From positions 352,408,001 to 352,472,000 of the forward strand of contig OZ024740.1 of NCBI GenBank assembly GCA_964016885.1: a stretch of DNA of 64,000 bases, written 5' to 3'. Shown in pieces: positions 27,457-41,088 of this stretch. A program made the translations under genes and the position numbers. This stretch comes from Eledone cirrhosa. Its lineage: Eukaryota. The notes under the pieces are model-generated. The model was given only the letters and a program-made list of their open reading frames with translations, did not search any database and had not been told where the DNA came from. The number at the start of each line of letters is the position of its first letter. Within the stretch, counting starts at the first letter, position 1.

Positions 27457-27646
27457 AATAATTGTTTCTACTTTTTGTCACAAGGCCAGCAATTATCTCA
27501 GTGCATTACTGGTACTTTATTTTATTGACCCCCGTAAGGATGAAAGGCAAAGTTAACCTTGGCGGGTTTTGAACTCGGATCGTAATGGGTCGTAACTCTA
27601 TGCTGCAAAGCATGGCGTCCGACCCTCTACCGTTACTGCCAATCCA
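27457..27646 (-). mobile_element. tRNA-derived SINE (Meta-domain-like core)
   Basis: Reverse complement of the SINE at 44875-45059. Central motif gcctttcatcct..gggtc.ataaaataaagtaccag. Confidence 0.8.
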
Positions 27647-28300
27647 TGGTTTCCACAGTAAATATGATTATTGTGTCTTTTACTGCCTGTCAAGTCTCAA
27701 CAAAGGCCTTAGACAGATTGCAATTTTTTTTGTGTGTGTGTGTGTGTGTGCACGTATGTGCAGTGCCCAACAAGGCAATCTTTTGTAGGAGAAAAATTTG
27801 TTTCAAATCCTCACGATTTTAGTGGTATTAAGCCCAATGCTCCTATGGCAACTACAATTATCTTGGTGCTAGTGGATGGTAGTGAATTTGCAGAATCATT
27901 AGCATGTTAGACAAAATGTTTTGTAGTGTTTGTTCTGCCTCTGAGTTCAAATCCTGCCAAAGTCAACTTTGCTTTCATTCTTTGAGATCAATAAAATAAA
28001 ATACCAGTCAAGCACTGTGTTGATGTAAATCATTTATTCCTCCTGCCATGCTGGCCTTCTGCCTAATTTATAAATCATCACCATCATCGTTACTTTGGTT
28101 TGTGGCTTAGTGGGTAGAGTGTTGGACTCACAATCATAAGGTCATGTGTTCATTGACCGGTCAATGTGTTGTGCTCTTGAGCAAAAATACTTTATTTCAC
28201 ATTGCTCCCTCTGCCAGGAGTTGCAACTGGCAGATCGTGTCAGCAATGGAAATAATGATTTGTTTGATCTAACAATCGTCTCCTTTACAATTTATTATTA

Positions 28301-28956
28301 CTAGCTGGCCCAGTGCTGTAAAACATGACAGCTAATTGTAAACAAGACAATGCATTCAATACAGACGTTTTCTCTTCTGCCGGTCTTCTCTTATCATTTG
28401 TTAACCTTGGCGAAGCTGGGTACCTCAGCTAGTATATAATATAAAAAAGAGATGTTTGTTTGTTGGTTGGTTGGTTCCTTTGCACTCACTCACACAAGAG
28501 ATACAAACACACAGCAATGTGTGTAGCCAATTCACTACAGATACACACACAGCTGTGACGAATCTTAAAACGCTGGATTCTATAGTTTCTCACTCCCTCC
28601 TTTCTCAGTCATCACATAGATGTGTGTGTATGTAATAATTTTTTTCTAAGTGTGTCTATATATATATATATGTATGTATGTATGTAGATGCATGTGTCTT
28701 TGTATTCTATTGTCTATGTATCTTTCTAAATAAACACATACATATACACTCACACAAATATTATATATAAATATAATTTACACAAACACATATGCACACA
28801 AGCACTGATATAATCATAACAGCCAATGTGTGTAGCCAATTCGCTATACATATCGACACACATATGTAACGAATATTAGATGCTGCCACTCCTTCCTTCC
28901 TCAGTCATCTCTAGTGTGTGATGGACAGATATACAAGGTATTATATATTAGTAGAT
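28301..28956 (-). mobile_element. Composite non-autonomous Helitron-like element
   Basis: Minus strand has a 5' aTCTACTAATATATAA start and a 3' ..GCCAGCTAG|t end. It contains a + strand Helitron 3' end (gaagctgggtacctcagCTAGt), a second 5'-like end, and internal direct repeats (about 28515 and 28825). Confidence 0.5.
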
Positions 28957-30204
28957 TCCTTGTTGTGGATGACCAAGCTCAGTGGGAAGCTCTTGGAAAC
29001 CAAACAGAGCTTGGTTTCAATTCCTAATTGGATCTGTTGTGTACATTATTACTGCTTTTGATAAACATCCTGTTTCATCTCACATTATGCAGAAAATATT
29101 ATTTAGTTCCTAATTTTAAGGGTGTAATTGTTTAATTGATAATGATCCAAACCTCAAGTTCTTGGGTTTTGGGCTATTTCTTGTTGGTTAGAATTTTCTA
29201 TCTGCATATTTTAATCTATTTAACACGAAACCATCTGAAACCAACTTCATTTTTATGATACTATCCTTTTTGTTTATATTTATCTAAAAACTTTCCATCA
29301 GAATTTTATGTAACTTATGAATATAACTTTATCAGTTATATTCCAAACACCAGCTTAATGAAAAAGTTATTACACCAGCTTAATGAAAAAGTTATTTTAC
29401 TAAATCCCTTTAAACTCTTGATTGTTTTAAAAATTATTTGAAATATGGTACTGACATAGTTATATAGACTTGATGTATAGGGAACATCTGTTGAAATACT
29501 GGTGGAAGGGGCCATTAGAGATTCCTGGTTATGGATCAGAACATGTTGTAGACTTCATTGTGCACTGTAGCAGACAAAACATGCTACTTTTATTATGTTC
29601 TCCAATCTGTTCATGATATTTGAAGAATCTCGTGGTGGTAGTGAAGATTGACTCAAGGATAATGCAAGAGTTTTATGAAGTATGAAGCTGGATGGGTAGA
29701 CAGAAGTGAGGAATTGTCAACCAAAATAGGAATACACTATTTAATTCTAACTGGTTTCAGTTATTGATCTGTGGCCATTCATTGGGCACTGCCATGAAAG
29801 GTTTAGTCGGTCATATCAACCCCAGTACTTACTATTTATAACTCTGGCATTTATTTCACCGATCTATTTTGCCAGATTGCTAAATTACAGGGCATATATA
29901 AGCAGCATTGATTGTTAGGTGATGTAGACATAAACACAGATACGGACAAACATAAACATATACACACACACAAGCTTGTGTAGTTTCCACCTACCAAACT
30001 TCATACCCAAAGCATTGATCAACTCAAGTAGAAGATACTTTCTGAAAATGCCATGCAGTGGAATTGATATCGAGATCACAGTGTTGCAAAGTGAAACTTT
30101 TAACCATATCGCCATACCTGCACCCAAGTCTTGAGTTTACTGAATAGAAATTGTTGTGTTTCTTAACATATTCATGCTTATGGAAGTAAATCTATTCCAC
30201 ATGC

Positions 30205-30650
30205 TACCACCATAAATGAAACTTAAGGTTCAGTCTACCTTGTGGTCCTCGTGACAGGATGGGAAAGACCTTGCCTTGGAGGATGGTGAGGGAGATGCAC
30301 TGGAATAGCCACGCCACCTTGCGGGGCTCATACATGTGGGCAGCCGACTCTGCTCTGATAGCAGTAAGCATGGATGCGGCTGGGCGGTCAAGAATGTCTG
30401 AAGTCTCTGCTGCCACAGTCTCAACCACAATCCTATCAGAGAGATGTCAATACTTTGCTCTTTTCGGCCTGGGTTGGTAGGCGAATGCACCAGGTTGCTG
30501 CAAGAGAAAGTGTCACAATATTTGGCATCATGGATGAGGAGCCTACTCCAGTGGAACAAGAAAATTGCTGCTGGAAGGGAACTCTATGCCATTCAGGCCA
30601 TGTTTTATAATCTCATTGAGAGCAGCAATGCGTGGGTGTCTCTCGTTTGT
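30205..30650 (-). mobile_element. Degraded CRE-like non-LTR retrotransposon 3' fragment (restriction-like endonuclease region)
   Basis: Peptides ..CDTFSCSNL.., VETVAAETS.. and WLFQCISLTILQG resemble the CRE C-terminal QRxSxAIQRGN motif. Confidence 0.55.
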
Positions 30651-33600
30651 TCCACATTTATTTTGGATTTATATTTATATAAAATCCTAATTCACCAGTC
30701 ATAAATCCACCTCTCAGTACTGCTATCATCACAGTACTTTCCACACTATTGGAGGTCACCCTTTCCTTATCACTCTCTTAAGTACCACCACAGTACCTCA
30801 CTTATCATACACCTATTACATTATACATATCACCCTTCTTAATCCCTGTAGACTAGAGAGGACTCTTCAGTTGAGTCAATGACTAAAACATCCCCAGCGT
30901 TGGTGCCACTAGATAAACAGCCAGTACACCCTGTAAGGTACATGACGATAGGAAAGGCATCCCACTGTAGAAACCATGCTAAAAAGAATCAAGATGTCTT
31001 TCCAGATGTGTCAAGGGCTTGAAAACTTTCTAGTATTGGTGGCATATATGATAAATGCACGCAATACACTATCAAGAAGGGAATCCAGCCATAGGAAACT
31101 TGCCAAACAAAAGGTCAGAAGGACTCTTTAGCTGTGTCAAAGACATTACAACCTCTCTGATGCTGGTGCCACAATAAAATGCACTCAGTTGAGCAAGGCA
31201 TGGTCAGCCGGCCAGACACTGCCCACAACAGGACAACCCGTCTAACCTATGCTAGCGTGGAAGAACGGACGTAAAACGGTGATGATGATATATATATACA
31301 CACACACAGTTTGGTGAAGAAACACGATGAAAATGTTTTATTCATTCATAAAACGGGGTATATAAATCATTAAGCCAGATGTTTGTAGGTGGGTTGGTTG
31401 AATGATGTTAATAATTATTTAGATTATGAATAGTTCACTTATTTAATTATTTATCATTATAGCAATACAATTCCTAGTATATAAAGTGCAAATAATTGAA
31501 TAAAAGGAAATGCCTTTTCTTCGTTTAAATTTTTATTTATTTTTATGAACTGAAAGATTTATTTGCGAAAACATTTTTCCGATTGATTTTGTAAACTTTC
31601 TTTCGACACCGACCTGCTCCTTCACAACTGACTGTACTGAAGTGCTTTATAAGGCGCGAGGTCTCTGGGAAGTTCTTGCCGAAGGCTCTTACACGTTTAT
31701 TCAGTTTCATTTTATTGCCTGCCATTTTATATACCTAAAACGAAACGCCCGCTTTATTTCTTTATCAGACCTTGTTTTGTTTTTCTATTTTTTTTTAATA
31801 TACATTGATTTAATTAAAAACAAACTTTATTTTGTTGGTTAAATTTGTTAAAGCCTTTGCTGCCTCTTCTATTTTTCATTAATGAATTGGCAGCATGACC
31901 CTCCCAAAGTAGAATAATATTTAATTCTGCTATTACTGCAAATGAATCATAATATTAATAATATCTGTTAACCAGTAGTTGTTATACTGTTATACTGTCA
32001 CCATGTGTAAATTCCGGTTGACCTCTTAGTTCAATTCTTATTGTTATAGTCAAGCTCCCGGTGAGCTGAACCTGCGATTTTGTTTAGATCGCTGGTTGAT
32101 TTCACTTCACGAGCAACACCAAATCTTCCTCCCATCTCAAAAAAATCTGAGGGCTGCTAGAAGTTGATAGTTATTTCCCGTTTCAAGTCCTTTCAAATGA
32201 CACCATATAGTTTCTAATAAAAGTCCACTGATTGTCTTATCAATCTCTGCCAACTTGGTCTTGTCTTACTATACACTCGTTCATCCAATCTACCTATTAT
32301 ATATATATTTCTATTTAAAACCCACTCACTTATTCAATAGCCCACTGACGTGTTCTCGGTAATAGTTTCTTGTTAAATGCTGTCCATTTTCATTGTAAAC
32401 AACTCCACTTAATATTTTTAACCATTTTATTTATCTCCATGCACTCACATATATACCATTTATTTTTTTATTTGAATATGTAAATATGTGTTGTGTGCGG
32501 AAATTATAAGCGTGTATGTATTAGGTTTATTTTTAAACGAACACCTCTCCAAGTGTTTACTTAGTAGTTGCCTCTTCGTATTTATTTTTAACTTCTCAAT
32601 CTGTTTATTGCAACATCGAAGGATAGTAAAATCCGTGCTTTAGAAAATTTTGAATATTTTATCAACAAAGTGTTAATAATTTAGGAATGTTTCTAGTGCA
32701 TTAAAATAATCTTGAATCTTAGTTTTTTTTTAAAGGTATTTCCCAGCGATTAAGTTGGGTAGGAAAAGTATAATTTTTCCATAATTTCGTTGGGAAACGA
32801 CTTCAATTTTTAAACAAAAAATGTAATTTATTTTTCTACCTTTACACACAATTTGTAATTGTGTTGTTTTACAGTATGTTGTGAAAAACCGTAAACTTTA
32901 TTTATTTATTTTTAGATAAATAGATGTTGGATTAATTTAAAATAACTGCAAATAAAACTAAATTCTTGAGTCCAACTCATTTAGCACATTCATTCCAACA
33001 TTTTGTTTGTTTGATAGATCTTCAAACAAAATGAAAATATGTAGTTTTTAATATAAAGTGTCCCATTTAAGTGGAAAGCCACTAGAAAAATTAGCTTTAT
33101 CCACCCCCATCATTATGTTAGTCACAATCCGCTACAATCCCTTTTTTTCTTGTTCTATATTAGTACGAAATGATAACATTTTAACGATCCAGAAGGTTCC
33201 TCTTTACTTTAATACCCCCTCCGCCAGTCTTATTTTTATGCTAAGTTAATTCGGTGTTTTAATATGTTTGATATCTAGGCTACATTTGACCCCTCTCTCC
33301 CATAATATGATTTTTTAATATAGATACGTTCGTTTTTTTTTGTTTTTTTTTCTGTGGGCAGTTAATGAACCTAAGTGAAATGGCTACAAAAACTCGGTGC
33401 TGTACATGCACTGGAGTCGATTTAATCGACTTTCCCCTTCCCCCAAATTGCTGGCCTTGCGCCTATAGTAGAAATTATTATTTATTGTATGCACCTATCT
33501 ATAACAATTTCTTACAAAACCTTAGATTTTTTTTTTGGGGGGGGGGGGGTTCTTTGTTTGGTTATTTTGTATATCATGCATATGTTTGTACCTGGTGTCG

Positions 33601-34348
33601 ATGCACAATTAATCAATGTACATTATATATGTGGAGTGGTTAAAAGGGGAAGAAACTTGAGGATTCCTTCGTCTTAAGTCTAAGCGATGTAAACAATGAC
33701 TTTAGTAGTTTCCACCGCTGGAAACCGTTTAATTTCGATTTTATGTACAAGATGTGTGTGTGTGTTCTGCAATATCTCATGTACGGAGAACTGCATGTCC
33801 ACCTCGCTTCACACACACTGCTTAGTGACTACGAAAGCGAAAATAAACGACTTCCAGCAGCGGAAACTACCGGAGATATTTCTTGTATCGTCTAGACCTA
33901 AACACGAAGGTAGCGCCGAAATTTAACTTAATACTTCTATCCAGTTGAAGTTTCAAATTTTGTTTGAGTAAACTTTGCCTTTCATACCTCTATAGTTGAA
34001 GTACCAGTAATATATTAGAGAACCACCAGGAGGCAGTAATCCTGCTCAGTGAAATAAATTATATAGGCCTTAGTGGTTATAGTGTTGGATTCACACTTTA
34101 TTTCATGTTGCTCCAGTTCACTCAGCTGTTGAAATGAGTAGCGACCTCACTGGTGCCAAGCTGTATTAGCTTTTGCTTTTCCTTTGGACAAGAGCGCTGG
34201 TGTGGGGAAGAGTAGCTGGTATGCATGGAGACCACTGGTCTTTCACAAAAACACCTTGCTCTGTATTGTGCCTCAGGGGGGAACATTCTAAGTGTAAAAC
34301 CCATGATCATTTGTGACTGAAGGGGGTTTTTATATATACACACACACA

Positions 34349-34891
34349 CTAGCTGATGTACCCAGCTTTGCCTGGGTAAACAGATAAGAGAAGACAGGTA
34401 GAAAGGAAAACGACTGTATTGGATGCGTTGTATGGTTTACAGTATGGGGCGAGACCGTGTGTGACAAAATAAAAAATCTTTCAGAAACACCAGATTCTTT
34501 GTTTTATCGTACGTGCATAGTATATGAAAATTTCTAGATGTTCCCACTCGTGAACAACCTACATATAACTGTCCATAGGTAAAAAGCGATTATCTTGTAT
34601 TCAATCCTACAACTTTGAAACTGAGCATGACCTTTATGTATGGTCATTGAAAAACTGGCTCTAACAGGAAACTGAAGTCTTGAGAATTTGAATGGCAGCT
34701 TGGCAGAGGAAGGGAGAAGAGGAATCTTGGGAATAGATGCATTTTCTCCATGATTGCCTCCAAGAATAGTGACCTCTAGGAGAAAGTTCGTTTTCCACCT
34801 GACTGTAAAGTGTGTGCCTTTGCATAGACGTGGCTGGTCCAGGTTTCTCAAAAGGATGATGGGAGTTCCAATCTTTTATATTATATATAGA
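34349..34891 (-). mobile_element. Non-autonomous Helitron carrying a Pif1-like helicase fragment
   Basis: ORF 34534-34851 RNLDQPRLC..IPKIPL..LPFKFSRLQFPVRASFSMTIHK matches RepHel helicase motifs. 5' a|TCTATAT, 3' hairpin ACCCAGGCAAAGCTGGGT followed by CTAG|t. Confidence 0.85.
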
Positions 34892-36240
34892 TATAAGATA
34901 ATTATATATAAATGTGTGTGTGTGTACACCAGCGTTTGAATCGGATATACTGGCCGCGAAACATGAGGGTCACTGACAACGAACACGCAGAGAGAATCCC
35001 TTATGGTTGATTTCCAACCTGCTAGAAATAGCAGTCAGGTTGGTTAACATACCTGGGATGGTTTTTCTTGTTTGATTTTATAGAATTAGTATCAATATAT
35101 CTTTCAGGGTAACCTTGTTCCATTGCTGTACTTACTTTTCGATTATCAGTTTTTGTTTTTGTGTGATGCGTGAAGGAACCAACCAACAAACATCTCTCTT
35201 TTATATTATGTATAGATAATGTAATGTATATTCCTATTGTTTACAATAAAAAATCTTTACTAATTTTTACTCAAAATATTTAACATTTTAACTTTTCTCC
35301 TTCACTTTCCATTCTCTGCTTTTTTTTTTTTTTTTCAAGACTATCAAAAGGCTTAGCTTGCTATGACTGCCACAGTTATTGTTTGACCTCATGTCAACTC
35401 TGGTTGAGCAGACCTATGATTGATCAAATGCATTCTGGCTATAATCATACTGGCCTTTTCCTATGTGACATTATCCAACTGCCTCATTTTTAAATAGCAT
35501 GTGATTTGAGAGTAATTTGACTGCTATTTCTAGCAGGGTGAGGGACCACATAGAAGTTTCCCCCATTGGCTTGTTCGTGACTGTCACTGCCATGAACTCA
35601 ACAGCTATAAGGAAACTGAATTTTCTCTGTGTCTTGGCACTGGAATGGGCTCTGCTTTTTTCTGTTAAAATGAATGTTCAGCATTACTTTCAAGCCTGAA
35701 GATCTTTCTGGGCCATTCATGCTTTTTCTACGATCATTAGTAAACCAAGTAATGAGAAATAGCTTTAGCTTGGGCTCAAAATTAAGTCCCTGGCTCAGCT
35801 TGCAAGGAACTTTATCTTTTTTTATATGACATTTGTGTTAGCATGCATACAAAAATCTTTTTTGTTTCCCTGCTTCAGCTAATATTCCATAAGCATTCAC
35901 TTGCTTTAAAAGAAAGTTTTCAACCTGGTGAACAGGTCTTCATTTTTGTATGTTGCACTCTGTAGCGTGATCAATTTCATTTGTTTGTATTTTTTTTTTA
36001 TTGATTCTATTACTAACATTTCCTGTGGTAATGGCAGCTGGAATTCTTGTAATCAGCATTTCAATAATACAGCATTCCTCTTCAGTTGCTAATATGCATT
36101 TTTTTTTGTAAAATCATCATTATCTTTATTAGATTGAGTTTTTGAAATTTATAAATTGTCTTTTATAATTGGAATATGGCTCTTTTTAAAAACAATTATA
36201 TTTTTTAAAAAAATACATTTCATATATTATTTATATTTTT

Positions 36241-37273
36241 CATCATCATCATCATCATCGTTTAACGTCCATCTTCTACGCTTGCATGGGTTTGGATGGG
36301 AGTTTTCCCACTTGAGGCAAGAGTGGTTGTCTTGCTCGCATAGGACTGTCTGGCGGGTTTTCTACAGCTGGATGTCCTTCCTAACACCAACCACGTTTAC
36401 AGTGTGGACTGGGAGGTTTTTACCGTGTTACCTACACGGCCACATTACAGCGTGGACTGTGTTTTTTTTGTCGTGACACCTACACGACCTCATTTGTTTC
36501 GGACTGGATGTTGTGGTACCAACATAACTTTACATTGAAAGGGGTGGTGTGGATGGGCTGGGGGTAGTGGGACAGGGGTGTATTTTTGTTAGAGGTGCCT
36601 ACTGACTGTAGGTTTTGCTTTGTACTTAGGCAAGGCGGGTCTTCTGTATTACTGTGTAGCGCCAAAGATCTCGGTCCAGTGACATTGTCTTGGAGAGGTC
36701 GGAATTTATCAAGTCGTCCCAGGTTTTTCTGGGTCTGCCTACTCCGTGGCTACCGTCTATTTTTATCGCCCTGCACTTTTTTATACAGCTGTCATCTTTC
36801 ATGCGCATCACGCGACCGTACCAACGTAGTCTTCTCTCGAGTAAACATCTGATCCCTCTTATTTCTAATTTTTCCCTTAGTTCGTTTATGCTTTGCCGTT
36901 CACGTATATTACTATTACATATCCAGCGGAGCATGCAAGCTTCGTTCCTCTCCAGTCTGCGTATATCCTCTGCACATAATGCCCAGGTCTCACTGCCATG
37001 TAACATTGCTGTTCGTATGCAGGCATCATACAGCCTGCCTTTCATTTTTAGAGAGAACCCTTTAGCGGCTAATAGTGGTATAAGCTCTCTGAACTTTTTC
37101 CATCCAGTTCTGACTCTAGCTACTGTACTTTCAGAGCACCTTCGACCACTGCTGATTTTGTCACCCAAGTAACAGAAGGTGTCCACTATTTCTATAGAAC
37201 CATCTGTGCAATGGAATGAGCTAGTATTCTGTGGGCACTTGCTGCTACTTATTGCACCAGAGCACTGGCCACA
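36241..37273 (-). mobile_element. 5'-truncated RTE-clade LINE
   Basis: ORF 36626-37186 is nearly identical to the C-terminus of 22407-23330. 3' UTR and (GAT)n tail present. Confidence 0.9.
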
Positions 37274-38862
37274 TTTTTATTCTCTAATATTAGAATATTA
37301 TTTTTTGGGATGCTTTTATGAGAATTTAGTCAGTTATGCAGGTTACCACAGGCAACTGGTTTCAAATACACCATATTGTACTGCTTCATAATCATCATTT
37401 TATGTCTTCATGTCCACTATTCATGATTCCATGGAACTCACAAATTAAGACTGAGAATAGATTTTGATGGACAACAATTTTTACAACATTCTTAACAAAA
37501 TTCATTGCCAAACTAGACACTACTTTTGACATCCTCATGTCCAGTGTATCACAAGTTGTGGTACATCAAAAGAAAAAGATTATTAACACCTGGGCTTTTA
37601 AATTGATAAAAAGGTCTCACATTGTTTTTGGGGAGGTTATTTAGTTGATTGAATTAACTCAAGTATATACCTTAAACCTGTTTTATCACACTTAGAAGGG
37701 TGTGAATTTAGAACAAAGATGTCAAATTAAATACTGTAAATAATTGGATCTGGAACTGCCTTGCTGGTTTATTAAATATAAACTTACTTTGTTTTGTTGA
37801 TTTTATTCTAAATAATTTATGGGTCGACTCAAGCCATCTGTGTGAAATTTGGTGGGTAGAAATGGGACAGAAACCTGTCAGATGAATTGTACCTGTAATT
37901 TGCTGACTCAGCCATGCCACACTGTTATACTGATTTTGCATGAGGATTGTGTTAAGGGCACAGGTACCTATGGAATACTGAGCCACTTACATACTAATTC
38001 ACTGAGCAGGTAGCCCAGTTGATCGAACAACTGAATACTCTTCATTGAAACCAAGAGATCCATCATCATTGTTATTTAATGTCTGTTTTCTCTGCTAGCA
38101 AGGATAGAGACTGTCAATAATGAACCTGGAATACTACTCTCTCAGATAGGCTGGGGGCCATCATCTCACTTATATACAATACCTAGAGGTCTACAGTGAG
38201 TATTTTATCATGACCCTAGCATTCGGCAGGTTATGCTTTTAATCATCCTGACACTTTGTTTGACAAGTTCCCTTCCTATCACCAACCTCTTTACAGAGTG
38301 TAATCAGTAAATTTATCATGTAGATAACCAACAATAGGAAGGTTATCAACTGAAGAATCCTCTTGATCTATTTTTAGTTTTATTAGTACAAAAGCATAAT
38401 AGTGTTCAATATATGCTTGTGGCAGACCTTAAAATATATCTTAGTTGGTTAAAATAAACATCCCTAGGAGTTTTTGTCTATTAACTGTTTTGATAATCTC
38501 AGTTGAGATTATATATGTGTGTATATGAGATGTGGCTATATTTGATCTCTTGAGGTATTTTTACTCAGCCATATTAGGTTTTGTCAAGCAGGAGGTCAAT
38601 TAAATTTTTGGGCCAAAACCTAACATTTATATAAGCAATAAAAAATATGTAAAATAATATAAAATACATTTTGCTTATAAAGCCTTTTGATTTATATATA
38701 GTTATAAATACATTAAATAATATATATATATATATATGGTCTACTCTTCGTGGTAGGGTCCATACCGTAGATAGAACTCAATCTAATCTGATAGTGAGTA
38801 ATCCAGTGAAATCTACAGAAAGGTTCCGTATTCCGCTGAGTTAATCCCTTAGACACAGTCTG

Positions 38863-39155
38863 ATATTAGATGTTCATTTAACAATGAAAACAATAACAAA
38901 GTCAAGTTATTTTACCTATTCATACCATTGTTTTAGGATCATTTCAAAGAGTTGATCCTATTGACATATTGACTGATCTATAGCAGTTATATAACTGTAT
39001 ACTATCAGACATCATGTATAGGTTCGATGTCTGATAGTATACAGTTATAGAACTGCTATGGATCAGTCCTTTGAAATGATCGTAAAACAATGATATGAAT
39101 AGGTCAAATAACTTGACTTTGTTATTGTTTTCATTGTCAAATTAATATCTAATAT
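38863..39155. repeat. Long near-perfect inverted repeat (fold-back)
   Basis: Arms of about 130-150 bp are reverse complements around a 12-nt loop (39014-39025). The left arm has an extra ~20 nt bulge. Confidence 0.9.
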
Positions 39156-39439
39156 ATATGTCTGTACTGCTGTGTCAATGTTTGTCTCATAACTTAGTGA
39201 TTCAATAAGGATCAATAAGATAAATAGCAGATTGACCTACCTTATGTATTTTAACTGGTGTTGTAGTCCATAGCCTGACATATATGTAAAGACTATATAG
39301 GTATGAGTATATGTTTTTGTGTGTGTGTATATATACACATGTATATACATGTGTATATGTATATATATTCCCCACCACCCACTCTCAAGAGCGTGAAACT
39401 AATAAACCTTTGTTTGTACTGCCTCTCTGTTTTTGTTCC

Positions 39440-40086
39440 CGTTCCAGTTTTCACTATATATATACTGTTTTACCTGTTCCAACCATCTGGCTGAGGCCAT
39501 GCTGGGGCACTGCCCTTGTTGCTACATATTTTATCTCCAGCCTGCATTGGTTGGCCACTGGTGCAAGAGTGAGCTTGTTGGTGCTGCCCTTGGGTTTCCC
39601 TCGTGCCTTGCTGTGGGCTCATCCGGGATTCTGGATAGTAAGGTGTTGAGATGTTTCTTGAAAACATCCACATCCACACCATGCAGATCTCTTAGATCCC
39701 TTGGCAGCTTGTTGAAGAGTTGAGGACCCTTGAACCCCAGACTATTGTAATATCTGCTCATTATTCTAGATGTGGAAGACGGGACCTTTGGCACCACACA
39801 GTGATGTCCTGTTCGGGGGTTGGTTCAGCTCCCAATGCCAAAGTTTGGTGCTAGTCCCTCCAGGATTTTCCACATGTAGATCACTGCGTATCTCTCCCGT
39901 CTTCGTTCCAAGGAGTACAGGTTCAGTTCTTTTAGCCTCTCCCAGTAGCTTATCTCCTTCATCGTCGCAATCCTCTTGGTGTAGCTTTGCTGGATTGCCT
40001 CAAGCTCCGTGGTTAGTTTAACACTATGGGGTGACCACAACTGGGAGCAATAGTCCAGGCGGCTTAGGACAAATGTCCTCCATAGT
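39440..40086 (-). mobile_element. CR1/L2-group LINE 3' fragment
   Basis: LWRTFVLSRLDYCSQLWSP..YWERLKELNLYSLERRRERY..GPQLFNKLP..FKKHLNTLL. Confidence 0.85.
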
Positions 40087-40443
40087 ATCTCAGAGCATTG
40101 GCCTTGCAATTGAAAGGTTGTGAGTTCAATTCTCAGACCGGGAGATGTGTTGTTTCCTTGAGCAAGACACTTTATTTCACATTGCTCCAGTTTACTCAGC
40201 TGAGATGATAGGGACTGGGGTCCATATCATTCCACTGCAAAATGGTCGTGGAGGTACCACGGCAAAAAAGCACCCACCACTCACTGTAAATGAGGTTGGT
40301 GTTAGGAAGGGCATCCAGCTGTAGAAATCAAGCCAGAATCAGTTCCCGTCCCACCCTTGCAAGCAAGGAAAAAGCAGACGTAAAAATGAAATGAAATGAA
40401 TGAATGAACATGTATATATATACACATGTATATATTATATACA

Positions 40444-40483
<40 letters not shown>

Positions 40484-40488
40484 GTATA

Positions 40489-41058
40489 TCATCATCATCA
40501 TCGTGTAACGTCCATTTTCCACGCTTGCATGGGTTTGGACGGGAGTTTTCCCACTTGAGGCAAGAGTGGTTGTCTTGCTCACATAGGACTGTCTGGCGGG
40601 TTTTCTACAGCTGGATGTCCTTCCTAACACCAACCACGTTTACAGTGTGGACTGGGAGGTTTTTACCGTGTTACCTACACGGCCACATTACAGCGTGGAC
40701 TGTGTTTTTTTTGTCGTGACACCTACACGACCTTATTTGTTTCGGACTGGATGTTGTGGTACCAACATAACTTCACATTGAAGGGGGTGGTGTGGATGGG
40801 GTGGGGGTAGTGGGACAGGGGTGTATTTTTGTTAGAGGTGCCTACTGACTGTAGGCTTTGCTTTGTACTTAGGCAAGGCGGGTCTTCTGTATTACTGTGT
40901 AGCGCCAAAGATCTCGGTCCAGTGACATTGTCTTGGAGAGGTCGGAATTTATCAAGTCGTCCCAGGTTTTTCTGGGTCTGCCTACTCCGTGGCTACCGTC
41001 TATTTTTATTGCCCTTCACTTTATTATACAGCTGTCGTCTTTCATGCGCATCACGTGA
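40489..41058 (-). mobile_element. RTE-clade LINE 3' end
   Basis: Almost identical to 36241-36815, including a shared 15-bp deletion relative to the 22012 copy. Confidence 0.9.
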
Positions 41059-41088
41059 CCTATATATATATATATATATTATATATAT

